Notes under the pieces: model-generated
The model's input: the letters and a program-made list of their open reading frames with translations, nothing else
Told to the model about the DNA's origin: nothing
Databases searched by the model: none
Translations under genes and position numbers: made by a program
DNA from: a bacterium
GTDB taxonomy: Bacteria > SM23-31
Direction: 5' to 3'
Assembly (NCBI GenBank): GCA_965249485.1
Contig: OZ252239.1
Coordinates: forward strand, 3,520,001-3,584,000
DNA length: 64,000 bases
In this document: positions 20,995 to 32,601 of the stretch, in pieces
Numbering within the stretch: the stretch's first letter is position 1
Layout of the letters: the number at the start of each line of letters is the position of its first letter

Positions 20995-21825
20995 CTATTC
21001 GTTGAGCGTCCAGTCGTAGTCAAAGTATTTTATTTTCAGTTTAAGCGTATGTATAGGGTCGAGTTTTTCTGGAATTTCCTGCAAATAAAACGTGATGAAT
21101 TCAATAAAGCCCCGTTCTTTTTTACCGTAATTCCGTACCCAACCATCCGGGTTCTGTGCAGTAAAGTCTTCCTTGTACCAGTCAAATATAGACGATACTG
21201 TCACTTCACCGCGTTGTGCATTGACCGAAACATAGACATCATTAGTTATAAAATCTCTGGTAACCGCATCAAGCTGATCGTCAAGGGTATCGGGAAAGAA
21301 TGCTCTATTCAGCAACCGGGGACATCCGATTGACGCGCAGACAATTGCAAAATGTATACGAGGATCCTGAAACTCTTTGCGAAGAATTTCGTGCTCAATA
21401 TTGTTCAGGGTCAGTTCACGCCCCATAATCTTGATATGGGCTGTGTCCCAGACTTTTTTGATCTGCCGTATCGAATTTTGAGGAAACCGCGCTCGTGCGA
21501 GTAGTCCGCCATATTGAATCGGATAATTATCGACTATTGCGTAGAGCGTTATTGCATTATATGCGTTGATCCAGAATGCTAATTTCTCATTTTCTCCCCA
21601 TGTCTCAAATTTATCTGGCTCGACATTCATGAGTAATTCCAGATAATCGAGAAGTAGTACTGAATCTTTACATTTTATAGTTTGATAATCAACGAGACCA
21701 TCATCGACATTGTTGTGCAGAAGTTCGTCAAATAATGAATGGTCGAAATCGGCCGCAGTCACGTTAACAGATGAGTACAGTAAAAGTGTAATAATGAACA
21801 GATATGTTTTTTTGGCGTTTTCCAC
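20995..21825 (-). CDS. DUF547 secreted protein
   Basis: GLVDY, LAFWINAYNA, IEHEILR, DPRIHFAIVCASIGCP, IFDWYKEDF, YDWTLN. Confidence 0.9.
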   Translation of the reverse strand: MENAKKTYLFIITLLLYSSVNVTAADFDHSLFDELLHNNVDDGLVDYQTIKCKDSVLLLDYLELLMNVEPDKFETWGENEKLAFWINAYNAITLYAIVDNYPIQYGGLLARARFPQNSIRQIKKVWDTAHIKIMGRELTLNNIEHEILRKEFQDPRIHFAIVCASIGCPRLLNRAFFPDTLDDQLDAVTRDFITNDVYVSVNAQRGEVTVSSIFDWYKEDFTAQNPDGWVRNYGKKERGFIEFITFYLQEIPEKLDPIHTLKLKIKYFDYDWTLNE

Positions 21826-21835
21826 AACAAAACCT

Positions 21836-22543
21836 TTACTTGCTGTAATAAATTTTTTGGAGAATATTGGGAGAACATCCCAATTTATAGGCAGTTTTTA
21901 TTACATGATTTCTAATAAATGTTCTTATCGGACCTTTGATGAGCAGTCGCCTGTCGGATGAATAGATGATTTCTTTAACAATGACTGTCTTCCCTTGTTT
22001 TTTAAGCCGGTTATTGAATTCAACATCTTCAAGAAAAGGGATATTGGCAAATCCGCCCAATTTATTGAACACTTTTGCCCTGACAAATACTCCCATATCA
22101 CCGAAGAGGTTTCTTCGGATCTGGTTTTTAATATGAGCGCAAATAGTTACCAATCCGTAATACCACTTTTCACCCAGCAATCCCCAACGAAATCCACCGC
22201 CTACAATAGAATCATCTTTCAGAGTGTCCCGGATCAATTGTTCTGCATTGTGTGGAGGGATGCAATCCGCATGCAGAAACCACAAAATGGAACCGGAAGC
22301 TGCTGCTGCCCCGGCATTCATTTGCAATGCTCTTCCACGGGGCGCCTGTATGAGATTTATTGTGTCCTTTATTCGTTCCACCGTACTATCAGTACTGCCG
22401 CCATCCACAACAATAATTTCAACATTTTCCATCATTTGTTGTAAATCATTAATAAGATTTACAATTATGTCGGCTTCATTCAGCGTTGGAATCACAATCG
22501 ATATTAGATCATCTATTATTGTCTTCTCTTCAATGCTGCTCAT
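21836..22543 (-). CDS. TIGR04283-type GT2 glycosyltransferase
   Basis: SIVIPTLNE, VDGGSTD, GRALQMNAGA, FLHAD, FGDMG, LEDVEF, SDRR. Confidence 0.9.
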   Translation of the reverse strand: MSSIEEKTIIDDLISIVIPTLNEADIIVNLINDLQQMMENVEIIVVDGGSTDSTVERIKDTINLIQAPRGRALQMNAGAAAASGSILWFLHADCIPPHNAEQLIRDTLKDDSIVGGGFRWGLLGEKWYYGLVTICAHIKNQIRRNLFGDMGVFVRAKVFNKLGGFANIPFLEDVEFNNRLKKQGKTVIVKEIIYSSDRRLLIKGPIRTFIRNHVIKTAYKLGCSPNILQKIYYSK

Positions 22544-22672
22544 ATAACATTGCGCAACGGATGCAAGTTCCTCTTTTTAACTTTGAATAAATTATCTTGT
22601 TGGAAACAAATATTGTGGTAGTTTAGGAAAGTTTTCTGTCGCAGTGTACGTCAAATTGAGGGTAAAATCAAC

Positions 22673-23710
22673 TTAATTTTTTTTATTTTCAAGTTCTTCG
22701 GTCAGGAGAGAAAGTTTAATGAGGAGGTTTTCCAGACGTTCGAAATATTCCTGCTCCGACATGTCTTGTTTTGCGCTTTTCAGTTCAGAAATGTCGAATT
22801 CAATCTGCTCCTGTTGTTCCATTAGTTCCAACAGTTCGCTATCGAATTTCTCAGATACTGTATTGGAAAGAACATCGCGCCTCCGTTTCAAATATGTTGC
22901 CGACGCCAAATTTCCTTCTGCATTGCTTTCGAACTCAGCATAACGGAATGAACGGCGATCTCCGGTATCCTCAAGTTGGGGGTGTTCTGTGGCAAGATGG
23001 TTATTATCTTCAAAAAACCGAACTGTTTTTTCGGATGCAAACTTAAATACTTCCAGTACCGAGAGGTCTCCGTTTTTGTCGACGTCAGAAGCAGGCGACA
23101 CGAGTGCCTCGACAAAAAATTCCGGAAAATACGGTTTCGGTTTTCTGTGTGCCGCTTTTTGTTGCGGTTATAATAATCTGGTTTTTCCACTGAGTGCCTG
23201 TATAAAAGGAAAACTCGCCTGTGTCGTATTGATGAACACGATACGATCTGCTGCTAATTCGTCAATAAGTCCCGCAAAATCCGCATCTGTCAGATCTCTT
23301 CCGGGAATATTGAATTTTCCGCTTTTCCCATCGAAACTCCCATGACCGAAAAGAATAACAAAAACCACCGCATCCGGGGAAATGTTTTCAGCAAGCAGAG
23401 TGAATTCTTCACGAATAAATTCTGCACGGGACGTACCGATGAATTGCAGATCAGTTTCTGTGACAGATTCCGCTAACACTAAAACATGCAATTCGGAAAA
23501 TCCAAAACTCTCAATAAGTGCTCTCCGGGTGTCAATAAGGTATTTTTTATACTTTGCAGCGTATTCCTCACTCCATCCCGAACCGCCAATCAGAATGGCA
23601 TATCTATCGGATGCTTTTTGCGCAAAACACGTACTCACCATTAGCATCGATACCATCACAATACTTGTATAAAGCTTGTTGAAACATTTTATTCGGAATT
23701 GCCATATCAT
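22673..23710 (-). pseudogene. Secreted caspase/peptidase C13-like fold protein with EF-hand-like motif; frameshift at A5 23182-23186
   Basis: One added A joins ...QALSGK to NQIIITATKSG...FPEFFVEAL...DVDKNGDLSVLE; signal peptide; LFGHGS. Confidence 0.7.
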
Positions 23711-23721
23711 TATTAATGCAC

Positions 23722-26038
23722 CTACGGTAAACCTTTTCGTCTTCTGTAAAACCACTCAAATGCCAATATAATAATTGCCAGAAAAAAAAGGAGCGGCATA
23801 TCCCAAATATATTCGGTTTTGAAAACAGACGTGCTCGTTTTTCTGACAATCAGGTTGCCGGGAATTTGTGTGAAATCAGACGGTTCATAGTAGACACCGT
23901 CGTTTGCTTCCACAAGATTTCGGAGAAACTGTTTCTTTAACGTTGCATTGAAAAATTCTAATTTCGAATCTCTGCTGAGAAAACTTATCGACTGTTTACC
24001 GAGCTGAGAATCATTTTTTTTGGCAGAAACGTGTACCTCGTATACACCAGGATCCTCAGGTATATATGATGCGCTGTAATCACCTGCAGATGAGAGATCG
24101 GGATGAAAGGTAACCGAATGGACTGTACCGAACGGAACGGTAACGGTTCCTTCAATATCGGCAAATTCAACCGCATCGAACTCGTCATTAAATACATTGA
24201 CTCTGATCGTCAGATCATCATTTGGCGCAGAGACATTGTTATCGAGACTGACATTAACACGATTCGGAGTCAGTAGATACCAACCATCGTACCAACTGGC
24301 GCCAGAACCGCTCATGGGACAGGTCATCGGCATCGCGCTGCAACTGCCATCGCCATGTGCTCGCTGTTGCTAATGCCGCCGTCTGCCCTTTTCCATACCG
24401 TTGAATTACCAGCAGAGGCTCGGTTGATTCACCATCTTTCTTTTTTTCTGCGAGCGTAACTGCTCCTGGTTTGACCCCTCCGTAAAGATTTATGTGGGTA
24501 AGTTTATTCATTTCATTCCAAAGTGCCCTATTGTTACCGATATCCTGTACAAGTTTCAAAATCGGATGGTCATAACCGGATCTTGTCGGCACAAAATTGA
24601 ATCCTGCATACTCATCAGTTTCACCCGTTCCGGAATAATCCGGCATAATAATCTGTTTCCGGGAAGGATCGAGAACAACAGGGAGGATATTTGCGATAGG
24701 CGTATTCGAGTAGTCACCTTCAGAAAATGAATTTTTGGCACCCAGCATTAAAAATCCACCACCACGGTCTCTGACAAATCGTTCAACCATTTCGAGCTGA
24801 TCAATCGTAAAATATGAAGCCTCGATATCGCCGAAAATAAGCGCTTTGTATTGGAATAATTCCTCCTGACTGACCGGAAAACCGCCCTGCAGTTCATTTG
24901 CATGCTTAATTCCCTGGCGGAAATATTTATCTCCACCGGTACGGGTAAGTGACGTGAATTCAAACACCTGATCATTTTCAAGAGCCCGTTTGATAAACTT
25001 GAAATCGCTCCTCAAATGCCCTTCAAAATAAAGGACCCGTACCGAATCATTTCTAGTATCGAGGAGGATACTCTGTGTGTTGTTGTCGATATTGACTTCA
25101 TTGGGTGTCTCTTCGATTTTAAGCACATATTCTTCGGCCTGATCAGCTTCCGGCTCAAAGAAAAACGTTACCTGATCTGTGTTACCGTTACCCTGAAGAC
25201 GCACAGTCTCCGAATGTACAACCTCTTCTCCATTGTAAATATTTAAAGCGGCAAAACTCTGCTCGTCACTCCAGCTTCGGAGCCGTGCCCAGACTTCTGC
25301 ACCGGAGCCTTCACGCAGGCCTTTACTGTACGAGACCTCGAGAAGTTCTCTATCTTGTCCAAATGTTTCGCCTCCGACGCCGACAATATGGAGCGGAATA
25401 GAATATCCTCCAAGCTCTTCGGCCATACTTTGAGGATCTTCTGAACTATTATCTGAACCGTCGGTAAACAGTACTACACCGGCGAGAGGTAATCCCCTGA
25501 AGTCGCTAATTACCCTCTGCATTGCCTGGGCGATATTGGTTTCAGTACCGTTGAAAGTAAGGTACGACAAACTGTCGATGCGGGAAACATCGCTGTCAAA
25601 TGCGTAATAGCGGACTTTAAAATTCTCTTCAAGTTCGGAATGAATTCCGTTTGTTTCATTATTCAAAATGAAGTCCACATCATCGGCACGCAATTTATCG
25701 GATAATGAACCGTCTGGAAGATTCATACTTGAAGAATTATCAACCAGAACTGCAAGAAAATTTTCATTCGGAATGATGTCGGGAATAACTAATGCCGGTT
25801 CCAAAAGGGGGAGACACAATAGAATAAGCCCTATAGTTTTCAAGGTAAAAGATATGGCTTTTGCACGGGATGATGTGTAGAGATTTGTCAGGTAATAGAC
25901 AATTACAACGCCAATGATGAGTACCAGCATTAGTCCTGCATACTGATAGAATGCACTGCCGGAATCGAACACAAAATCGCTCTCGGTATACTGCTCGGGA
26001 CTAAATTTCAACAGTTTTTCCAGAAATGATTTTTCCAT
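23722..26038 (-). pseudogene. Membrane-anchored vWA plus glutamine amidotransferase-like protein; frameshift near 24271
   Basis: DNSSSM MIDAS, FTDG, GGGFLMLG, YGKG...TWRW; continues TPNRVNV... to a terminal TM and EWFYRRRKGLP. Confidence 0.8.
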
Positions 26039-26070
26039 TAGGTATTCTGCCTGTCCGCACTCAAAAAGTG

Positions 26071-29000
26071 TTACTTATTTCTATGTGATTTGGAAAGTGT
26101 TTCAAAATACCGCTCAACTGCCTTCCGGTACTCAGAGGGAACTTCAGCCGCACGTGCCTCATACAATTTTTGTTCAAGCTCAAGCTCGTTAAGTTTTTGT
26201 ATCAGTTTCATTTCCAACTGAGACATCGATTCCAGGACTGTCTCTTTGAAGAATTCCGCACTCGCTTCATCAAGCAGCACGCCGGTATTGTAATGTCTGC
26301 CATAATTGCTATTCAGATTATCCAGGTCCCGACTGAATTCTCCATCATTACCGAAATCACGCTGCAATCTGTCAAGCAGCTCACCCGTGCGCTCCATTTC
26401 CCTGCTCATCCTGGCCTCATTTGCTCTGCTCTGCTGTTCCGCATCTCCCGACCCACCACCCCACGAGAAAGCTGCTGCGTGTCCTGCCGTTCATTATCAA
26501 TACGCTGTGCGCCGCTCCCGGTTTGTGTATCTGTAATCTGTTCCTGATCCTGCTCCATCACATCTGCAAACCGCTGCAGTTGGTTACGAATGTCCTGTAC
26601 ATTTTTGGTTAGTTTTTCGGAATCTGTCAATGGTATTTCACTTTCTAAGTTTTTCGCATCGGCCTCAAGCCGCTCAATCCCGAGCTGAATTTCAGATTCT
26701 CCCCATTGTGCCCATTGAAGCGCACCCGCATCGATTGCCAGCCGGGAATCCTCCATTTTTTCCCGTAGTTCTTCCCGTTGAAGCGTTCTTGTAAAATTAC
26801 GCATATCAGTTGCAATTTTCGGATTTTCATTCTGTGCACGCTCTTCAACAGCACGTGCCAGATTTTCAAGCCGCTCGGTATTGTCAATCATACTATCCCG
26901 TTTTTGCTTCAATCGTTCAATATCCTCACGCGCAGACCTGCTATCTCCAGTCTGCTGCATATCCCGGTATGTTTGTTCAAGGTCACGTGCCAACTGGTCT
27001 TCCTGCTCTTTAAATTGTTCAAACCTTTCCTTGAAATTTTCAAGCGTTGTACGCATATTATCCGCCTGAGATGTTTGCAGGTCCTGTTGGAGCTGGTCAA
27101 GATTATTTGCCGCTTCACGCTGCTGTGTCATCGCTCTCTGCATATTGTTGTTCCGCATTTCCTGCGAAGCTCGGCGCATATTTTCTTCTGCCTGGTCTAT
27201 CCGGTCCTGCATCTGCCTGCTGATCTGCTGATTTGACCGTGCCGATCTACCCATTTCTCGCGAAAGTTCGTTTGCCTCCTGCTGCAATTGTTCCTGCTCA
27301 CGCCTCAATTGTTCAACAAGACGCTCATTCTGCTCATCCTGCTGTGCTTTCCGCATCTGTTCGGCAAGCTTTTGCTGTCTCCGCGCGAGGTCTTTTATCT
27401 TTTCAAGCGTTTCATCCACTTCTTGTTTCTGCTGATTTTCCTGCCGCTGCTGCTGAAGTTCATATTTGTCCTTCGATAAATTCAATTCAAGGTCCTGCAG
27501 TTCCGTCATTACATCCTGCGTCATACTCTGGCCGGTCTGTCCACCGCGCTGCTGCCTGTTCATCTGCACCCGTTTCTCACGGTTCAGCGCGTCCGCACGC
27601 AAAAGACTGTTGAGCGCCTTCTGCTCCGGGCTAAGCGCTGCTCTGAGTTCATCGGAGTTCAGTTCGTCAACGGCAGTTTGCATGTAACCGACTGCAGCTC
27701 TCAAATATTTGAGAATATCCTGATTTATTTCTTCCTCTATAATTTCCATTGAAAACGCTGTTGAATTGATTCGTTATTCAATGTTAGTTTTCAGGTTGTC
27801 TTGCGCTTGAACGAGTGCTTCACGTGATTCTTCGAATTCCACTATATCGATATCATCACGTAATTTAAGCAGTTTCCATGTTGCCGCAATTAACTGCTGT
27901 TGGTTGAGGACAATCTGACTTTGTTGACCACCCCCTGCGGCACCCTGCATTCCCTGATTGGCAACCTGAGTGAATTCCTGTTCAAAGGGGCTGATTTCTA
28001 TAAAATACATGTCGGACATTTCCGGAGTATTGCCGGGATAATAGTCGTCTGCTTCAATGTAATACGCGATGAAATCACCCGGCTGAAGTTCGAAATCTTC
28101 AAGAAACAACAGGTGCGAACCGACAATATTTCGATCACGCTGTGCTTCGCCGCTGTTGAGAGTAACCGATTCTTCATCCTCCCCATTGATAGAATAATTC
28201 AAGTTAACCTCGGAGACTCCATAATCATCTGTCACTTTCGTTGATATAAGTATTTCTTCAATAGGGCTTGCCTTTATATCGCGCTGCGGTTCGAGGATAG
28301 TGATAAACGGTTTTTCATCATCGACCGGTATAATCCGATATTCTTCAGGAAATTTGTTATTTTTATCAAGATGATCAGTTAAAAGAAAATGGTACAAAGC
28401 AGGTTTTTCGAGCTGAAATTGTGTTCTGAATTTTCCGTTTCCGAGTGAATTCATCGAAATTTCTGTCACATCATCGAGGACTATTGAACTTGTCTCAACT
28501 GCTCCTGATGTTTCAATGGTCATCGTTACAGTCGAGCCTTTGAGGCCACTGATTGTTCCTGTATTTTTCTCAATCCTGTCGGGTAGACCGGTGTAGGACG
28601 GATAATCATATGCTGTTTGAATTCCCGAGACTTTAGGAAATTCATAGAGCGTTATAGCAAATACCGGGGATCGCTCCTGATTAATCTCTACAAAATATTC
28701 GAGAGGTTCCTGAACATTAAGAAATTGATACAGATAGAGTGGATCATCCAATCCTTTCTCCATAACCTGTTTTTTCCATATGTCGGCCTCTGACCGATAA
28801 TGGAGAACAACATCATTATTTGTATTTTCATTAAGCTCCACAACAATAGTCTGACTTTGCCCCTTTTCAATTTCGATATCACCGGGGGTGATTGATCCGA
28901 AAAGTTCTCTCTGAAACTCGGTGAATCCGGTGAGAGAAAAATCTATTTCAGATGTCATTTGCCTGAAGTCGTCAAGAAAAGTGTAAAAAACAAAGAAAGT

Positions 29001-29480
29001 TATCGCAAGAAGTACGTACGATGAATATGATAAAATCTGCTCTTTTTTCCGGTCGATAACGGTGGGTAAATCAATCAGCTTCGCTTTATCTGCCGCGTCG
29101 TTTACCAGTTTATTGATTAGCTCATTATCTCCACCTTTTTCAATTTTAGAGCCAATCTCAATTGCGCTTATCAACCGGTCTTCGAGATCGGGTATCTGTT
29201 CTTCGATGTAGAGGGCAATCTGATCATCTGAAAGTTTTCTCATTGCCGGTTTGATAACGAAATGGACAAAAACAACAAGAACAGCGAACACTGCGAAGGC
29301 TATCCCGATATATTGATAAAATGGCAGCAGAGAAAATTGAAAACTAACGATTGCATAGAGTGCCGTGACAAATATCCCGGTAAAGATCGTTAACGCAAAT
29401 CCCTGCATCAATGCCCGTCTTTTCCAGCGGGATTTTATCTCCAGGATAATCCTTTTAATAATTTGAGTAGATGTTTGCAT
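26071..29480 (-). pseudogene. DUF4175-like membrane-anchored long coiled-coil protein (~1130 aa); in-frame TAA at 27774-27776 and frameshift at G4 26459-26462
   Basis: TMs, DRLISA, YPSYTG, DDYG, Q/E-rich coiled coil, C-terminal VPSEYRKAVERYFETL; three ORFs join into one. Confidence 0.8.
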
Positions 29481-29518
29481 AATATGTTCCGCCTAAACCG
29501 CTCAATCTATTTCACGAC

Positions 29519-31579
29519 CTAAGGTTTGGTCGACATGTTTTTATTTGCAAATATTGTTTCAAACACTAATAGTACCAGGACAAAAAGAATACCGTAACGC
29601 CACATTTTCTGTTCCTTTTCTTCATCCTGTACTGATATTGCAGCAGTCATCAATTCTTCGCTGTTGTCAGTATCTGATTGATATGCTACATCAGCATAAA
29701 CTTCTTCCACATCTCTGCCTGCAAGCTGCGATTCTAGGACATTCAGATTGACAGAAAAGGCAAACTGCTTTTCACGGCTGTTTTTTGTGACAGCAGTATA
29801 GTTCCCCGGCATCTCGGTTTCCCGGAAGTATCCACGACCCGCTTCATCAAGCGTCACAGGAAATAATCGGTCACCCGGTGCAGTCAGCTCCCACTCTTCT
29901 CTGGGACTCCCTTCTAACGGTACCGGTTCACCGGCAAAATAACTATTTCTGCTTTCACGTGTGTTGAGTCCGTATTTCCCAATCTGATAGATGAAAGGAA
30001 CGTATATCTCGGTCAGTGGCAAATCGTTCCAACTTTTGTCAAAAGTCGACGTAAAAGCCAGAAACTTTCCGTTTCCATGCGCGCGCTCAATGAGAAGCGG
30101 ATCTCCTGTATTGAACGATGCGATTACCGATGATCCGGATGCAGGCAGCATCTTGACGTACTGCATAAACCTCGGACGAAACAAATCACCTGCACCTGTT
30201 TGGGTGAAAAGCGAAAATACCGGATGATTGTTTTCGTATTCTCCGATAATGATTAAATCTCTCAAAGCAGTTGGCCGGACAGTCTCTACCGCTGTGCCCA
30301 ATCCAAATTCACTTAAATAATTTGTTACGATTCCTGGCTGAGCACGTTCACCGAATGACACTATGACCGTTCCACCATTTTCAACAAAACCTTTCAGAAC
30401 ATTGATTTGTCTCTGAGTAAGGTGGTCAATATTCGCTACAAATACAATATCGTGCTGTGCGAGCCGTGCAGAAGTAATTGTATTTTTTGTGCCGGCAGTG
30501 AAACTGAACAGTGCATTTTCGCCGAGATCAAACGCTGTTTCCAGATAAAATGCAGTTGTAAACTGCCCGGATGCTGTACCGTCAATACATAAAATAGACG
30601 GCGGAGCATCAATGGAAAAACTGACAAAATATCGATTATCACCCATCAGGTTATCTTCAGGCAACTCAAAATATCCCTGATAATCACCGCGTCCCAGATT
30701 GTACTGTTGAAAAACTACGACATTGGATTGAAGAGGATTGACTGTTTTACTATCAATTTGCCTGTCGTTTAACCACAATGCAACCGGGATGCTGGTGATC
30801 GGCATTCCTTCCTGATCCGCAATACCGACTTTAAATTCGGAATTACTAAGCTCACCAGACCGGATTTGATTGTGAACAATCTGTTCGAAAAATGCATTTT
30901 GAACTGCATCCTCACCAATTTTGACCGGAATAAATGAAATTGAATACTCGGAATCCCAATTATCGAATTGCGATGACCATGCGTTAATCTGCATATCGGA
31001 AATCAGAACAATTTCCCGTTTTTGATGAGCAGCATCCTGTAGTATTTCTTCCGCTCGGATTATCGGATAATAAAAATCGGTTGTCCTGTTACCTGCTTCC
31101 AGAACATTATCAAGATAGTCATGAATAATGGTCCTGTCAGTTGTGAGTTCTGTTATCTGCTGTACTTCTTCGGCGAATACTACCAACGCAAATTCGTCGT
31201 CCGGTTCTGCCGAATCGATCATGTCGACCGCTTCATTTTTTGCTTGTTCAAGATAGTCACTGTACAGCATCGAGTATGAATTATCGATCAGGATAACAAC
31301 CGACTTATTCTCAACCTGGGAAACAAATGGGATTTTTTCACTCGGCAGGAACGGGCGTGCAAACGCAACTGCAAACATTCCGAGAATCAAAGATCTGACC
31401 ATCAAAAGAATCAGATCCCGTAACCACCTTTTTTTTATGAGCTCTTTTGGTGCAGCTTTCAAAAACATGAGAGAGCTGAACTGCACTTTTTTCGCTCGCA
31501 TTTTCCGAATCAGATGGAAAATAAGCGGCAGCACCGCTGCACTTATCCCGACAAGAAATAGTGGCTTTATGAATGACAC
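29519..31579 (-). CDS. BatA N-terminal domain plus vWA domain membrane protein
   Basis: SFIKPLFL...PLIFHLI...FSSLMFL...LRDLILL...AFARP; DNSYSM; ISDMQ; C-terminal TM; start reassigned to GTG 31579. Confidence 0.85.
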   Translation of the reverse strand: MSFIKPLFLVGISAAVLPLIFHLIRKMRAKKVQFSSLMFLKAAPKELIKKRWLRDLILLMVRSLILGMFAVAFARPFLPSEKIPFVSQVENKSVVILIDNSYSMLYSDYLEQAKNEAVDMIDSAEPDDEFALVVFAEEVQQITELTTDRTIIHDYLDNVLEAGNRTTDFYYPIIRAEEILQDAAHQKREIVLISDMQINAWSSQFDNWDSEYSISFIPVKIGEDAVQNAFFEQIVHNQIRSGELSNSEFKVGIADQEGMPITSIPVALWLNDRQIDSKTVNPLQSNVVVFQQYNLGRGDYQGYFELPEDNLMGDNRYFVSFSIDAPPSILCIDGTASGQFTTAFYLETAFDLGENALFSFTAGTKNTITSARLAQHDIVFVANIDHLTQRQINVLKGFVENGGTVIVSFGERAQPGIVTNYLSEFGLGTAVETVRPTALRDLIIIGEYENNHPVFSLFTQTGAGDLFRPRFMQYVKMLPASGSSVIASFNTGDPLLIERAHGNGKFLAFTSTFDKSWNDLPLTEIYVPFIYQIGKYGLNTRESRNSYFAGEPVPLEGSPREEWELTAPGDRLFPVTLDEAGRGYFRETEMPGNYTAVTKNSREKQFAFSVNLNVLESQLAGRDVEEVYADVAYQSDTDNSEELMTAAISVQDEEKEQKMWRYGILFVLVLLVFETIFANKNMSTKP

Positions 31580-31651
31580 CTGACGTACCTTATATTGGAA
31601 GTGTTGTATTTGATAAAATGTATTCACTTTCCTATTTATTGATAGACAGTT

Positions 31652-32572
31652 TTACAGAGACTTAGAACGCCCTGCAAGATATTGAAATAGTGCAAAATCA
31701 AGCGGTTTATCGGTCAAAAGCTGGTTATAATCGATGCCGAGCAGACCACAGTGTTTTTTCAGAGTTGTTTGAAACTCAACGAAATTCGATTCATATATTT
31801 TTTTAGCAGCTTCCGGAATAACCAGTATTTTCTCACCTGTCTCCATATCTTCAAGCTCTACTAAATCGGTAAACTGGAGAGCGACTTCGAACGGATCGAG
31901 GACATGAAACAAAATCACTTCGTTTCCATTGAAATGAAAATGCTTCAGGCCGTCGACTATCTGTTCAGGGTCATCGAGAAGATCGGAAATTATGACAACG
32001 ATACCCCGTCGTTTCATCGCATCAGCAATTTCATGAAATGGTCTGCCAACTGCTGTCTTTTCTCCCGGTTCGGCGCTATCTATAATATTCAGAAGAGAAT
32101 GGAGATGGCTGCTTGAGCTTTTCGGGGGCAAATGATCGACTATTTTATCATCGAAAAGGTAAAGCCCGACTGCGTCACGCTGACGGATCATGAAATATGC
32201 CAATGAAGCCGCTAAGTAGCAGCTATATTGAAATTTCGTTGTTTTATCTGATGAGTAGTGCATCGACTTGCTGACGTCGAGGAGAATATGACATTTGGTG
32301 TTGGTTTCCTCCTCAAATTCCTTCACATAATACCGGTCGGTACGCGCATAAAGATTCCAGTCGATTCGTCGCGGATCATCGCCTTGAATGTACGGACGGT
32401 ACTCCATGAATTCGACACTGAAGCCTTTAAACGGACTCTTATGGAGACCGGATACAAAACCTTCGACAATAGTGCGGGCAATTAATTCAAGATTTGTGAT
32501 GCTCGATAAAATATCGGGATCTATAAACCTGCCGCGGTCTTTTTGTGACTGAGAATTGTTCATATAACTCAT
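31652..32572 (-). CDS. DUF58 family protein (MoxR-associated)
   Basis: GLHKSPFKGFSVEF.EYRPY..GDD.RRIDW, LDVSKSM, ISD. Confidence 0.93.
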   Translation of the reverse strand: MSYMNNSQSQKDRGRFIDPDILSSITNLELIARTIVEGFVSGLHKSPFKGFSVEFMEYRPYIQGDDPRRIDWNLYARTDRYYVKEFEEETNTKCHILLDVSKSMHYSSDKTTKFQYSCYLAASLAYFMIRQRDAVGLYLFDDKIVDHLPPKSSSSHLHSLLNIIDSAEPGEKTAVGRPFHEIADAMKRRGIVVIISDLLDDPEQIVDGLKHFHFNGNEVILFHVLDPFEVALQFTDLVELEDMETGEKILVIPEAAKKIYESNFVEFQTTLKKHCGLLGIDYNQLLTDKPLDFALFQYLAGRSKSL

Positions 32573-32601
32573 TTTCTTAACAATCGAATAGAGTCGGCGA
32601 C

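Noticed and set aside
26406..27749. Repetitive CTG/TGC-rich DNA as a tandem repeat or array
   Set aside because: Explained by Gln/Glu/Arg-rich coiled-coil coding; no fixed repeat unit
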